The translations under genes were made by a program, and so were the position numbers. This document shows positions 12,150 to 25,395 of a stretch of 64,000 bases of DNA, in pieces. Positions within the stretch are counted from its first letter, which is position 1. Each line of letters begins with the position of its first letter. The notes beneath the pieces were generated by a model, which saw nothing but the letters and a program-made list of their open reading frames with translations, ran no database searches and was not told the DNA's origin. The stretch is from Vicugna vicugna (lineage: Eukaryota). The DNA is taken from positions 2,431,370 through 2,495,369 of the forward strand of contig MU057744.1 in assembly GCA_013265495.1 (NCBI GenBank), in the 5' to 3' direction.

Positions 12150-15090
12150 AGTTTCTACAATGCAAAATGTCAAAGTAAATTAAAATTGGACAAAAGCATC
12201 AGCCCTGAGGAAGTTTCAGGCTCCAGAATTTCTTTCCATGATAAGCAACTAGAAAACTGAACAACTATAGAAAATATCCATTGGACAACAGGAAGTAGAC
12301 ACCTGTGACCCCTGTGACCCCAGGCCACTGACTTACATGTGCCTACGACCACCATGGCTTTCTATGTGGAGGCCAGTTCCTAAATGTAATGGGTGTCTGG
12401 GAGTTGGGGGAGGGCACAACAGAGCCTGAAGTTCTCAGTGAGTTGAGAGGTGGCGACGCCATTCAGGAAGCTTCAGGCAGCTACACAGGGCAGTAAAGGA
12501 CAGAAGAGAAGCATAATCCATTGACAGAAGGGTCTCTCAGAATCTTCACAGGAATCCCCGTGCACTGGGATTTTGCTGTTCCCTGCATACTGGACTCCAA
12601 GATGTAGGACAAACCTCCAGGAGACCAAGCAGGGAAAAAGGAATTGACAAGCTCTGTAAGATCGTCGTGGAAGACATTTAGGTTTGTCTCAGTTAGAGAG
12701 GACACTCATTATTGAGCACTTAGGAGAAACAGAGGCGTAGAAATGTGAGTCAAACCAAAAGAAAAATGAGTCCATAGAAATAGACCCAGGAATGCCAAAG
12801 ATGATGGATGAGAAGAGAGATGGAAGTTGTCTTTTAAAATAAAATTTCTGCAGTACAACAGGGCAGTGGAGAATTAATAACATACTAGACAATGCAGAAA
12901 AATGATGACTTAAAATCTTAGGAATACTGCCTTTTAAAAAGTGAAATAGAGAAAAAAACTGCAAACAGAAGCACAGCACCTCAGTAATATGCGGGACAAT
13001 CTCAAGTGTCTAAATGTACAAGTAGTTCTAACATTACGAGAAAAGGTTGGGCTGAAACATAGTTAAAGAAACAATGTCTGGAAATTTCCAAAATTTTATG
13101 TAAATCATAAACCAACATATTTAAGAAGCTCAACAAACCACAAGCCAAGAGAAAAACACATATAGAAATAAATCAGACCAAAATACATCATCACAAATTT
13201 TCAGGGGAAAAAAACCTCTGAATTTAGAATTCTATTTCAAGTAAAAAATTCATTCAAATATGAAATAAAAATGATAACTTTACTTCCAGACAAGCAAAGT
13301 GAGAGTCCGTTGCCCGTAAACTTGCATTATAAGAAATGTTAAAAATAGTTCTTCATGTGGCTCTGCACAAAGGAAAGGAAAGCATGAGAGCTGGCAATTA
13401 TGTAGGTGAATATGTAGCACAGTTTCTCCATTTTAAACTTTTATTTAACAGAGAATTGGCAAAGTGAAAAACGATGCGTTTATAACACAGAGGACCAAAC
13501 TGTGTGGCAACACTAGCACCAGGCAGGAAGAGGAGGCTGTGAAGAACAGAGCTGTGAGTTTATATTTGGCGCGAATGGTATAATACAGTCGTCTAAACGG
13601 AGAGCATGGTAAACTAAAGATGTGCATTAGAAACCCTGGAGAAACTGTTAAAAATCACAAAACAAAAACTGTAGCAAACAAACCAACAGGAGACAAAAAA
13701 AGTCATACAAATTTCATTTAATTCAAATGAATGCAAAACCGAAGGAAGTAAGGAACAAAGAACAGATGCAGAAAAAAAGAAGAAAATCAGCGAGATAGTA
13801 GACTTAAACCAAACTGGTACTTCTATTAATGAAAATGATCTGAAAAGCGAAGTGAAAGAGAGACACAGTCAGACTGGATGAACAAGAAAGACCCAACCCT
13901 GCTATTTACAAGCAACTCATTTTCCACTCTGTTTACACTAAAATAAGTAGGATGGAAGAAGCCGCACCAACAAACACTAATCACAGGAAAACTGAGGTGG
14001 CTGTGGTCATACCAGTCGCTGTGAATGTCAGAAGAAGGAACATTAAGTAGAATCAAGAAGGACATTTCCGAATGATGGAGGGTAAACTCACTGAGAAGGC
14101 ATGAAAGCTCTAATGGGAACACCCCTAACAGCTGAGTATCAAAAACACGTAGGCCTACTGGGAGAAACAGGGCAACTGACATGTATGCTTGGACATATCA
14201 CCAGTTATTTCTCAGTAATTGGTAGATCAGTTGGACTGAAAATCAACAAAATATATTTAAAAACTCAAAAAACATTATCAACCAACTTTTCTAATTGCCA
14301 CGTTAGAACACTTGACCCAACAACAACAGAATGCACCACATTCTTTTCAGACACACATGGAAGAGTCATCGTGATAGACCACGTGCTATGACATGAAAAT
14401 GTGCTCAGTAAACTTTAAAAAATGGAACTCATTCACAGCAGTTCTCTGATCCCAAAAGCATTAAATTGGAAGTCAACAGCACAAAGATTTCTAGAAAAAA
14501 ATCTACAGGTAACTGGGAATTTAAAAACTCAATTCTAAATTATGCATGTGTCAAAGAAGAAATCACAAGGATATTAGGAAATGAACTGGATGATAATGAA
14601 AACACAATATATTAAAATTTGGGGGATGCAACCAACCAAAACAATACTTAGAGGGAAATTTGTGGCATCATATCCTTATTCTAGGAAAGAATAAAGGTCT
14701 CAAATAAATGATCTAAGCTTTCACTTTAATAAACTGGAAATTGGAGGGAAAATTAAATTTAAAATAAGTATAAGAAAGGGAAAAATAAACACTAAAGAAA
14801 AACTCAAAGAAATAGAAAAACAGGGAGAGTGAATAATAGATTTGTGTGAAACTCTGATAAGGACTTATCTAATAACTGGAGGGAAAAAGGTGATCTGTTT
14901 TTGTCTTGGCCAGTGGATGAGTGGAATTCACTCTTTTATGATGAAAATGTTCTCTGTCTTGATGGTGATGGTAGTTATGTGGGCAAATTCACTGAAAAAA
15001 CTCATCAAAATATACACTTTGAATGGTTGCTTTTTATTTGTAAATTATCCCGTAAAGTTTACTCATTTTTAAATAAAAATATAAATTAAA
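12150..15090 (+). mobile_element. Decayed L1M (5' region, ORF1, ORF2 endonuclease) with a 3'UTR remnant
   Basis: ORF1 and EN motifs; ORF 14101-14391 ends TLDPTTTECTTFFSDTHGRVIVIDHVL, the L1 EN C-terminal motif. Confidence 0.8.
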
Positions 15091-16222
15091 ATATCCAGGT
15101 GAAGTTATTTTCCTTTTTTTAAAAGATTGTATATTTTCTCTAATTTTGAACTACATCTGTCTTATCAAAACAAATGGCTCCATGACGTTACAATAAATTA
15201 AGAGCCAGAGAATATTTGACTGGTTCTAAAAGTCTATGACCCCCATAAAGAAAAGCTAGTGCAATAGGAAATAGAGGCAAAGTCTGGAGGCACAATTACA
15301 TTCTGAACAAAATAGAGAAAAACATGGATGTTCAGTAAACACTGGCTTAGGGGTCAATGTCTTCTACACCGGTAATTTCCTTCCCAGCCAAGTCCGTTGC
15401 ATTTCCACCACTGCCAACTGTGACATTCAATGAGAACAGATGAAGCAGAGAAGGTACAGACAGTGCTGGAGATCATGGAAGAGACTGAGCTGAACAGTGG
15501 GTCTAGGAATACAGGTCCCTGCATTGGTGAGAGCTCTTATTTTAGAAGGTAATCCACTGTACTGAGCAGAAGGAGATCAGTTAGGACATAAGGAGTAGGC
15601 TGAAAACTGTTTCTAAGCTAAATCCCAGGGAACGATTGTTGAAATCCAGCCTACGACACGGATTTCAAAGGAGGCTGTAGACAACAGGCAATACCCACAC
15701 AGCGGTAGCGCCTCTCCTATGATCAGAAAGGCACTGACCTAGGAAACCACCTGCCAGACCTAGAACAACTCTGCCGTGGCCAGGATCCAAGACCGAATTA
15801 AATGAAGGCCATGTGCTGTGCTCTTCTTCTGTGTGGTTCACTTGCAAAGGACAGACTTGGATCTGGGCACCCCAGAATAATCAGGGGCCCTGGCCACAAG
15901 AGCATAGGCAGAAATCCTAATGGCAGCCTTTAGCTTTTACAATTTGTATTTGAGTAAGAAATCCTAGAATGTGTTTGAACTCACTGTTGAGTGAAGACCC
16001 TGAGGGCGTCACCAAAGCTCTCAGCAACAGAAGGTAAGTTTGCCACAGTATTAGTGTTCATTCGTGTATTTGTTAGGTTCGGGCAGACTGCCTGAACACA
16101 TAAACTAAGACATGTAGTAGTTGCAAACAACGCAAGTTTCTCTTTAGATTATGCAACACACATAGGAAGTTAAATCTGCGACAAATGTTAAGGACTGTGT
16201 GAGTTAGTTCTTCTATAAATCT

Positions 16223-16500
16223 TGTCAGGGGGGAAGGCATTTTCCTCTACCTTTCCAGGGTCTTCTGCTTGGTCTAAGAATTAAATTGACATGAGACAGA
16301 TTAACTGGAGAAAATCAATCAAAAGTTTAATAACGTGTATACATGGGAGAGACCTAGAAAACCTGAGTAACCCCCCGAATGCTGGAAACCCTCACCTTGA
16401 ACACCACCTTCCACTAAGGACAGCAGGGTCTGGGGCTGGGGAGAGTCAGCTATGGAGGGTTACCAGGAAAAGCACGGCAAACAAGATACAAAGTTATCAA
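16223..16500 (-). mobile_element. Partial ERV LTR, same family as 17927-18452
   Basis: Starts with TG; shares tggtctaagaattaaa..tgagacagatt..gaaaccctcaccttraaca with the copy about 1.7 kb downstream. Confidence 0.7.
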
Positions 16501-17657
16501 CACATTTTCACTTAGTAAGTGTAGAAACTGTGGGTAATAATTTGAAGCCACAGTCCATACTGTAGATCTCTAATATAATAATAATACCTAATACCCTGTT
16601 GCAGTACATCCCCACACAACGTGACACGTACCTCCCACAGTGCGGCAAGTCAGGTGTGTGCCCAGCTGGGAAAAGAATGAGTAAACTAAGTGTAAGTGAC
16701 CTCTTATCTAAAGGACATTGAATTAAACAAGTTGGCACTAACAGAGGAGAAACAAATTCTAGGTCTATCATTCATGGATATTTTGAAATGATTCAAAACA
16801 ATACAGATAAAAATATGTTCTTCCTATTTTAACATGATGCTTATACATTTATGTGATAGTGCTACAAAGAGTTCTTTTTTCTTTCTACTATATGACGGAG
16901 TAAAATTCAGCAATTAGAAATAAAAATGTGACTGATTTACTTTTCATCAGAATACATTGTTCTAAGGGATGTATATTTATAGGAAATCAATACAAATATC
17001 ACTTTGATAGGTTATATTTAATGTAAATTATTTTATGCAAAATAGACATATAAAATGCTTAGCTTCACACAAACAAAATGTTCCCAAAATCCTTGAGACG
17101 ATAAAGTTATTTTTCACAGAAAAAAATGAATTGAAGGTGTCTAGGTGAGATCAAATAAAACATTAAAAATAAAAGTATAGCTTTATAGCTCAGTATATTT
17201 TTCTGAATTTAACTTCAAAAATTATGCATGTAGTTATTTCAATTACTAATTGTTTTGTAGATGACCTTGCTAAAGCTCTCTGATCTGGCAAGGGAATTAC
17301 TTAAAAGGAATGACAGAGATCTAACACATTAAATAAGTGGTTCACATATTTGAAAATATAAAAATGTTGAACATTACTACTGTATAGTTTTATACCTGGC
17401 AAAGCTGTATGCCTTTAAAAAAATCTATTTAGTATAATTTCCAAATTAATAACTTCCCAAAGAGGTCATTATATTTTTAAATATTTTTTTCATATCATTA
17501 TGTGGGTTTTTTTTTAAAATTTACTCTTATAACAGTGCAATCGCTGACATTGAAATTAATTAATTCAAGGACTTAAAGTTTTTCCAGAAACAAAAATGAA
17601 AACAAAGTAACAAAAAGCAAAATATTTCATTTGCTTCAAAGTGACCCTCTTAGCAGG

Positions 17658-18452
17658 TGTCAGGGAGGAAGAAACATGCAGAAGCATGTGACCCAGATGC
17701 CCCTGTGCAGAACACCGATTACCTCTCCTGTTTCCCTACTTCCAATCACCTTTCCCGCCACTTCCTCTAAATAGCCCAGCCCTTGCCTTTGGGAAGGAGA
17801 TCTGAGAATCGTTCTCCAGTCTCCTCACTTGGCTGCCTGGTGAATAAACTGTACATTGGCTGTAAAGCTCAGCCTCTCGGCATTTGGCTTCCTGCACGTA
17901 AGACAAATGGACCTGGTTCAGTAACACTAGGTTCTTCTGGCTGGTCTAAGAATTAAACTGCCTGACGTGAGACAGATTCACGAGAGAACATCAAACAGAA
18001 GCTGAATAACATGTACGTATGGGAGTGACCCAGGAGAAGACGGTAACTCACCAAAATGGCCGAAACCCTCACCTTAAACATCATCTTCAGCTGAAGATGA
18101 AAGAGGGTGTCAGGGGGAGTGGTCTGGGGCTTCAGAGGGGAGAAGGGCAATTCACATGCAGAGGGAAAGGCTAACGTTTGGCAGGCAAACGTTTGCTGGG
18201 CTTGTAGAGACAATGGGACGCAGCAATTTTAACCAGCACTCTGCAGGTCCCTCCCTGTCCACACACCTGGCTCACACCACAGTTACCTGTGGCGCTGTGT
18301 GCTTCCTGAAACAGGTCCTACGTCTACATGTTTTTAAGCAGTTGGGGGAAGGTCAAAATTCTTCCTGAGTCTTCTGGACCTTGATTGTTTTCAGCTTGAA
18401 ATAATCCATACACCAAAGTGACATTTTGGGGTGACAAATTTCATCCCCTACA
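17658..18452. mobile_element. Nested LTRs: a minus-strand ERV LTR interrupted by the 3' half of a plus-strand MER41-like LTR (~17675-17926)
   Basis: TG...CA termini; the inner piece has AATAAA and ends gttcagtaaca; the outer piece is collinear with the 16223 copy on both sides of it. Confidence 0.65.
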
Positions 18453-19172
18453 GTATACACGTGAGTAATTATTTTAAAAAGCAGACCTAGAGATCCTCAA
18501 CTCAGAACTCTGGGATTTTTTCTACACACTTTGAAGAATGAGGGAATGATTTAGAGGAAGAAAGATCCACAGTCTTGGTTGCTTCTGGACTGTTAATAAC
18601 GTGGGTGTTTGGTTGAGAGAATAAATAAAAACATGGGGGAGACGGGTAGGGCGGAGCTTGTGACTCTTCTGCTCTGTTTAAGAATTGTTAAGGATTATTT
18701 CAAGGGAGAATTTCAGCAAATATTGAGCAGCATTTACACAGTTATGTAAGGAATTCAGACTTCAAAACAATAGTCATTTTTGGTGGTTGTGTACTTGAAA
18801 GTCTTACTGGAAAAATTAATTATGAAGTAAGCATAGGATCTGAGCATTAAGGAGAAAGTATATTCCAATAACGGAAGAAACAGGGCATGGGAACCCAGAA
18901 GCTTTGTTGAGTTGATAGTAGCCACAGGGGTGTGTTAGGAGTTGAAACCAGGATGAATAAAGAATAAGAAGCAGCTCAAGTTTCAGAGTTTATATCTGAC
19001 GTGGTAAATAACTAATTAAGCAAAATACAGGTCCTTATAGACAAAATGATATGACACAAAATGAAACAAAAATTACGGTACCTGTTTAATTATCAGAGTT
19101 TCTAATGATTGACTGCCTTCATAAATTAAGTATTGAACACAGAGACCAGTTGAAAGCTTCCTTCTTTGGTTT

Positions 19173-19647
19173 TGTGAACAAAAGATACTGCAAACCATAT
19201 CAATAAACAAAGAATCCTAAAGTCATCAAGTCATCAGCGGCTGCCACCCACCCCCGAGTGAAGACCAGCCTGCAGCCCCTCACAGTGGTGCCCTTTGAGG
19301 GGACTCAGAACAAGAAAGGACAGGACACTGGCCCTAGAGGGCTAGGCGCTTGTCAAAGGAATGAATTCAATGAGCCCAAATGTTTGCTTCCTCCCAATAC
19401 ATAGAAAAGAGCAAAATTCTTTAACTTGAGATGCCTGGTTCTCTTAAGTTAACAAGTAAGCTTTTAATGTTCCAACTACCTGGTCTTTGTTGTAAAGCTC
19501 CTGTGTGGCCTGGCTCCTCCCCTGCCTCTTCGGAGCCGTCCCTCAGAGCCACCTGAGGGGCTGTCATCCCGGGCTGAGTCCTCAGAATTGTCCACCGAAT
19601 AAAACGTGACTCTTAGCTTTTAGGTTGTGTGTTTATTTCAGCCGACA
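19173..19647 (+). mobile_element. Solo ERV1-class LTR
   Basis: TG...CA termini, AATAAA near 19598, 4-bp TSD GTTT at 19169-19172 and 19648-19651. Confidence 0.85.
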
Positions 19648-21969
19648 GTTTGAACTGGACGTTTCTTCTCTGTATGTGCGAGGGACCAACCTTGTATACA
19701 GGATCATTAGTAAAGCTTCCTGTGAAATGAAATACTTAGGGTGTGTCTAACGCTGTGGAAATTGGGGTCTCCAGCTACTGCTCTTTCACCTTCAGAACAG
19801 GACAACAGATCCTCAAACAGCGATAATGATGATTTCTGCTCACTGGTTTCTGCCAAGGTTTGCTTTATTTCAAAATTCTTCCTGATTACATGGAGTTCTT
19901 CACAGGAGGAGCCATCTGGCTGTTTCTCTGAATGTCTCACTGGGATGATAGCAGACAATAAGAGCAGAGCCAATTCCCAGAGAAAACAAAGGAAGAATGT
20001 CTAGATTGCCACGGCGGACTGTAATGTCAATGCCAAGAATCTCTGCATAGATGCCAGGTAGAATGTTACCGCTGAAATCTGATTTAACTATCAAGGGACA
20101 CCTGACTGTGCCTACTAATTGAAATTTGCAAATCACTATCACCCACAAAATTAAAAAAAACTCAACCATATATTGATTTGCTAAAAAAAGTTGACATTAA
20201 TGTATGTATCATTAAATTTTTAGCAAGCTCATTTTAGGAAACAAAAACATAGGATGACCAATTTAACAAATCAAATGTCAGTTTAAATAGGCATAACCCT
20301 AGGACAATATAAGAACAGATATGAAATAATGATTTTGTTGCAAACAAGAAAGCTACTACTTCATTTTTAGATAGATCTCTAAACAAATTTTTTTTTGGTA
20401 ATGAAAATAAAATGTGGCTATTTTTAAAAAAGCTCAAAAGCAATATAAGATATACTTTATCCTGATCCCATAAGCACTTTATTAATAAATGAACAGAAAT
20501 AATCAATTTTATCACCAATTAAAGTATTGAATTAGGTTGTAGTAGCTATGTTTTGTTTTCTTTCTACTAATTCATGTTCAAGAGCTTTATTCACTCCTCA
20601 TTTATCAGGGATTTATTAATGCCTATTTTAGATCAAATATTGGGGGGCTACTCAGAATTCAAAGAATACTAAGAGTCTAACTGTGGGAATTTTCAGAAAC
20701 CAATATGGAAGACAGAGAGCTGAACAAACTACATAGAAATATTAGACTCTTTCCATCTGGGGAGAAAAATGTGTTTATATTACAATGTCTTCAGTCTTGA
20801 ATAGATTTTGTCCTTAAACACTTAACACTAAAATTGCCAATGTTTTTGGTTTCTTAGCTGCTGAGTTCCTTGAAGATAAACATTATTAACACATTCTACT
20901 CTATGCAAAGCTCTTTGAGACTAGCTATTGTATCATGGAATTTATGCTCAATTAATGATTTTTCAATAACTATTAATAAATAAAAATAGCTTTTTTGGTA
21001 AACATTACCTGCTTCTCTTATAATTATATGTTCCCATTTCATGATCGTGCTGGGAGAGGTAAGGGTAACACTGGTTCTGAGCTTTAATAGCCAGCTTGCT
21101 TACTGCTGCCACAAGTATTTCCCATTTCTCGCTGCCCTCACCCCCACCTCGACCGTCTTCAGGGAAGTGTCTCCCTTGTGGGTTCCCTGTGGTCACAGGT
21201 GGGTGCAGCAGTTCCAGGAATTATACTGACTTGATAAATCCACAGAAGAGGAGCTATTTGTTTCATTTTGGAAAGAAATACAGTTTTCCAGAATCTCCTC
21301 CTTAGATTGATGTTCATGTCTAATCGGTCAGGATTCTGTCATATCCACATCACGAATCCACTCACTCATGGTTTACCTGGGTGACCTGGGTGCTTAGATT
21401 TATAACTTGGGGTGCTTGAGGTGCAACCAAACGGACCCACTCTGAGTTACAATCCAATCGTTTTGACTCATTCAGAGATATGAAGGCTGAGGATTTGCAC
21501 GGTAAGAAAACCGTTCTAACAGAGAAGTGATGTGCAGAGGCTTGGCACGTCATGTTTAAACACCCTGAGGGAAGAGTGTGCATCTGGATACACAGAGTAC
21601 ATATTGAGGTGGAGAATGCATTAGCGCAGTTTTCTCAAAACACAGGAGGCCTCTGAAAGAAAAGGGTCCAAACACCAGTGTCTTTAAGACTCTGGGCACT
21701 GACAACACTGAGAGAATGAATTAAAGCGTCAAAAGGGTTTTGATGGGCAGTATTTTCCAGTGCAGACACTGCTGAAACCTACTGGATAACAAAGGAAAAG
21801 TTTTGCATCAGAAACGAGAGATCCACGTGATCGCTGCTGATAGGAAGAAAGGAAAGAAATGCAATTACAGATGGCACTATATGCGAACAGTGCTCAGAGG
21901 TTGGAAATTCTTCAGGAAATCTGGTAGATTCAGGCAAAGCCAGAAAGAATGTTGACTATTATTATTAAG

Positions 21970-22024
21970 AAAATACTGTATCTCTCAAAAAAAAAAAAAG
22001 AAAAAACAAAATACTGTATCTCTC
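21970..22024 (+). mobile_element. Solitary poly(A) retro-insertion with a 17-bp TSD
   Basis: aaaatactgtatctctc is repeated exactly around a 21-nt A-rich tract, just after a TT|AAGAAAA site. Confidence 0.8.
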
Positions 22025-22899
22025 ATAATTTTTGGTTTGGCAAAATATGAGCTATCAAGGACACTTAATGAAGCATTTTTAAGAAAAGGCAATGAAATTG
22101 GTTTTGGAAATACAGGTGCAATTGTACCATTTAGACACTTAATTGTTTAATCACTTAATACAAGATAGCTACAAAAATGACCATGATTCACGACATTTCA
22201 TTCCCTAACAGTTACTTCAGAAGTGTACATTCTAGGTTACTTGACTGCAAAAATTTCTTTTCAGTATATGAAAGAAATTCCTTTCAACTCAGACATACAT
22301 ACAACACATACACATAAAAACGTAATGTTTATGTTATATTAAAGACACTGCTTCTTCCCAGTTGTTTGAAGAACAGGATGCTGTTTCATTCCTTTTGCAA
22401 GGTGGAATTTCTTTTTTGATGTTAGGCAGAACTCAGGTGACTGTACTTCATATGACTGTTAAACTTGCTAATAATCTTAGATAATTGGCTTTTTTCCATG
22501 AACAACCAAAGGCTACTAAAGTATGCATGTGTATTTTTAAAATGCATATGTGCAGCTACTCATTTCAGAATCACAGTTTCTTAGTAGATCAAGGATTTAA
22601 TTTAGGCAAACTTTTGATGCTGCCCTCACTAAATCTTTGAGGGATTAGAGTAAACTTGCTTATGAGACAATTCACCTCGTCAGACTCCCTGAGAACAGTT
22701 TATATTAACCTGAGAATTAACTCATGCTGCTTCATTTCCTTCCTATTCTTCAGCTGCAGCCTTTGAGGGGCCAGCCTCCATTGGCTGGGGGTGGAGTGGG
22801 GGTTGAAAGATTAAAAATGAGAAAATATAGGATGAGTGTTTCTTTTTAATGATACCCTGGCTGTTTTCTTCATTCCCCCTTTCCCCCTCCTTAACTTCA

Positions 22900-23350
22900 G
22901 GTATTCAAACTGTTGCCCAAATAGCCCTTTAAAACTGTATCAGATCATGGTCACCCCTCTTCCAATACTGTCTCCAAAGTTCCTTCCAAAGCCCGACAGT
23001 CTCCTAACTGTGGTTCTCACGCTCTTACCTGCTCAAGCAGCTCCAGACTCCAGCCCCTGGGTGATGCTTCAGATGTACCAAGCATGTCACTGCTCTAGGC
23101 TCTTGAACTTGCTGTGGGTCTGTCTGCCACCCACATCTTGTGGCCCCTCACTCCTTTCTTTCGTGTTTCTGTCTGACCTCCTTCTCTGAAAAGGCTCCCT
23201 TGACTCTTCTCGGTAGCAACACCCACCACCATTTCCTTCTTACTCTTTACCGTCACTGGCCTCGCATCTGATTGATCCTGTATTGGTGACGGAAGTACCG
23301 ATCTCTTTTCCTTCCTCTGTCCTCCTAGAATTTCAGTTCTAGTTTTAGGT
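22900..23350 (+). mobile_element. L2 LINE fragment
   Basis: Pyrimidine-rich; aaactgtatcagatcatggtcacccctct resembles the L2 3' region. Confidence 0.55.
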
Positions 23351-23485
23351 TTAGTACAAAGCTACATCCCTAGTACCCGAGACGACGCCCTACAAACAGA
23401 ACACATCTGGGGATCTCTGAGTAGGTAACAGGGGCAGTGTGCCCTGCTCTGGGGGCTAGAAATGGTTCGTGGGGACAGCAGGTCG

Positions 23486-23848
23486 TGTCTCGGTCGGCCA
23501 CCGCCTGGGTGGCTCAAGCAGCAGAAATTTGTTTCTCTGCAGGCTAGACGGCCAGACAAGGTGCTGGGGAGCTTGTCTTCCAAGAGGGCTCTTCCTTCTG
23601 TGATCCTACAGGGTCTTTTCTCTGTGAGCACAGAGAGAATGAGACAGACAGAGAGAGAGGAGGGGGAGAGATCTGGAGCGTCTGCCTCTTCTTATGAAGA
23701 CACCAGTCCTGTGGGATAAGGACCCCGTCCTTGTATAAACTCGTACAACCTTAATTACCCTCTAGGGCCCTGAGCCCCAAAGACAGTCACACTGGAGGCT
23801 AGGATTTCAACATGTGAATTCTGGGGAGACGCAATTCAGTCCATAACA
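23486..23848 (-). mobile_element. MLT1A/B-type MaLR solo LTR
   Basis: ctcttcttatgaagacaccagtc...ggatttcaacatgtgaattctggggagacgcaattcagtccataaca. Confidence 0.85.
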
Positions 23849-24289
23849 GGTAGCAAAGAAGATTAGAAAGGTGAAAAAAAAGGACTTTTATTTTTAGTAG
23901 AACGTTTGAAATTTGTCTTAGGTTTGCCCCCATTATTTACCATGTCTATTAACACTATGTTAACCTAACATTACTAGGTTAATTATTAGTCGACTTAATT
24001 TCTTCTTCTCCAAATCTGTTGTCCATATTTTCCTTTGTTATTATTTTTTTCTCTTATTACATGGTTGAAATGACTTTTCTACTGTTGAACTTAAGACATA
24101 AGATATTCTAATATATTTAAAGTCACCTGAAGTATAAATCATAATTATCTGAAACGTGTGGCTTATTCCCTTTGGAAAGGTTGCATTCTTTCTATTAACC
24201 ATTTTTACAGGTAAATACGACGAATAAAACGTTTGATGTGGATGGAGACTACTTCAAATTAAAAACTAAAATGGGAGATAAAAGAACAC

Positions 24290-24575
24290 GGACTTCCAGT
24301 TTTAACATGACTCAGGTCAGAAGATGTACCGTAGAACGTGGAGACTCTGTGGGCAGAACTGAACTGTGTACGTGAAATCTGCTAAGACAGTGGACTTTAC
24401 ATGTTCTCACAGAAAAAACAAAAAAGGAAATATGTGAGGTGACGGGTGTGTCAATTAACTTGATGTGCGGATTTTTTTCACAATGTCTACATATATCAAA
24501 TCACCATGTTGTACACTTTAAATAGCTACAGTTGTATTTCTCCATTATACCTCAGTACAGCTGGAAAAATATCTG
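24290..24575 (+). mobile_element. L1 3' end (L1MA9-like)
   Basis: atatgtgaggtgacgggtgtgtcaattaacttgat...atcaaatcaccatgttgtacactttaaa. Confidence 0.8.
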
Positions 24576-24949
24576 AAAAGCATAATAAAACCAAAACAAG
24601 AGAATAAAATGTGGGATGAGTGGAATTGTGCCATATTTATAAACGGGAGAGAAATATTAAGCAGCTCAGGGATCGCCTATAAGCTGCTCTCAGCTCCATC
24701 AGACTTAATGCTCCTTTGGCCAAAAGAAAATGTATATAGAATGAAATGCGTTTATATTTGTAATTTTAAGATAATCAATATAATGCCCAAATTGTAGTAT
24801 GAAGGAGAAAAGAAGAAGAATAATTTATAAAAGGATTGTATTTTCAATATGTACGTGCTGGACACACGTACCACACAAGAAATTATGACGAAGATCACAG
24901 ACGCTTGCACTTACAGAACACGTCACAGCAACTGCACATGCATTCTTAC

Positions 24950-25395
24950 ACAGACACATCTTGATGGCAACTCAGCAGTCATGGCATTAAATTATTTTTC
25001 TAAGTGGTGAATGCTTCTCAAGTTCAAATGAAATAAATTACACTTTTCTCTCAATTTACATGGCGTTTGCATTCTTGGAAAGTTTATGGTACCTAGAACT
25101 AGGCACAAAGGTTGTCTGTTTATGTATAAAATGGAGTTACTTCTAGGCTCAGGTAATTACAAAGAGGTGTTTCACCTACACGACATTCTAAAGTCGTGAC
25201 ACACAGAATGGCATTTACTTGCACACAGCTGTCACAGGCACTGCGGGGGTGCTTCGTACCTGGCCCACACCCACGGATGTCAGCGGCATTCCTTAATCAG
25301 CGCCACGACCTAAACTGTCCTCAGACATTTGCAAAATATCTGCAGTGAGGCGTGGAATGGCCATCTCCCTGTATCCCAGCACTGGAAAACTACGG
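24950..25395. mobile_element. MER20B-like hAT MITE
   Basis: Resembles the recalled MER20B consensus (taaaatggagttacttctaggctcagg; cctcagacatttgcaaaatatc). Confidence 0.5.

Noticed and set aside
21340..21583. Resemblance to the bornavirus glycoprotein C-terminus (LNMT.Q.S, S.WV, W.RD)
   Set aside because: Only a few scattered residues across two frames, with no following transmembrane segment; most likely chance.
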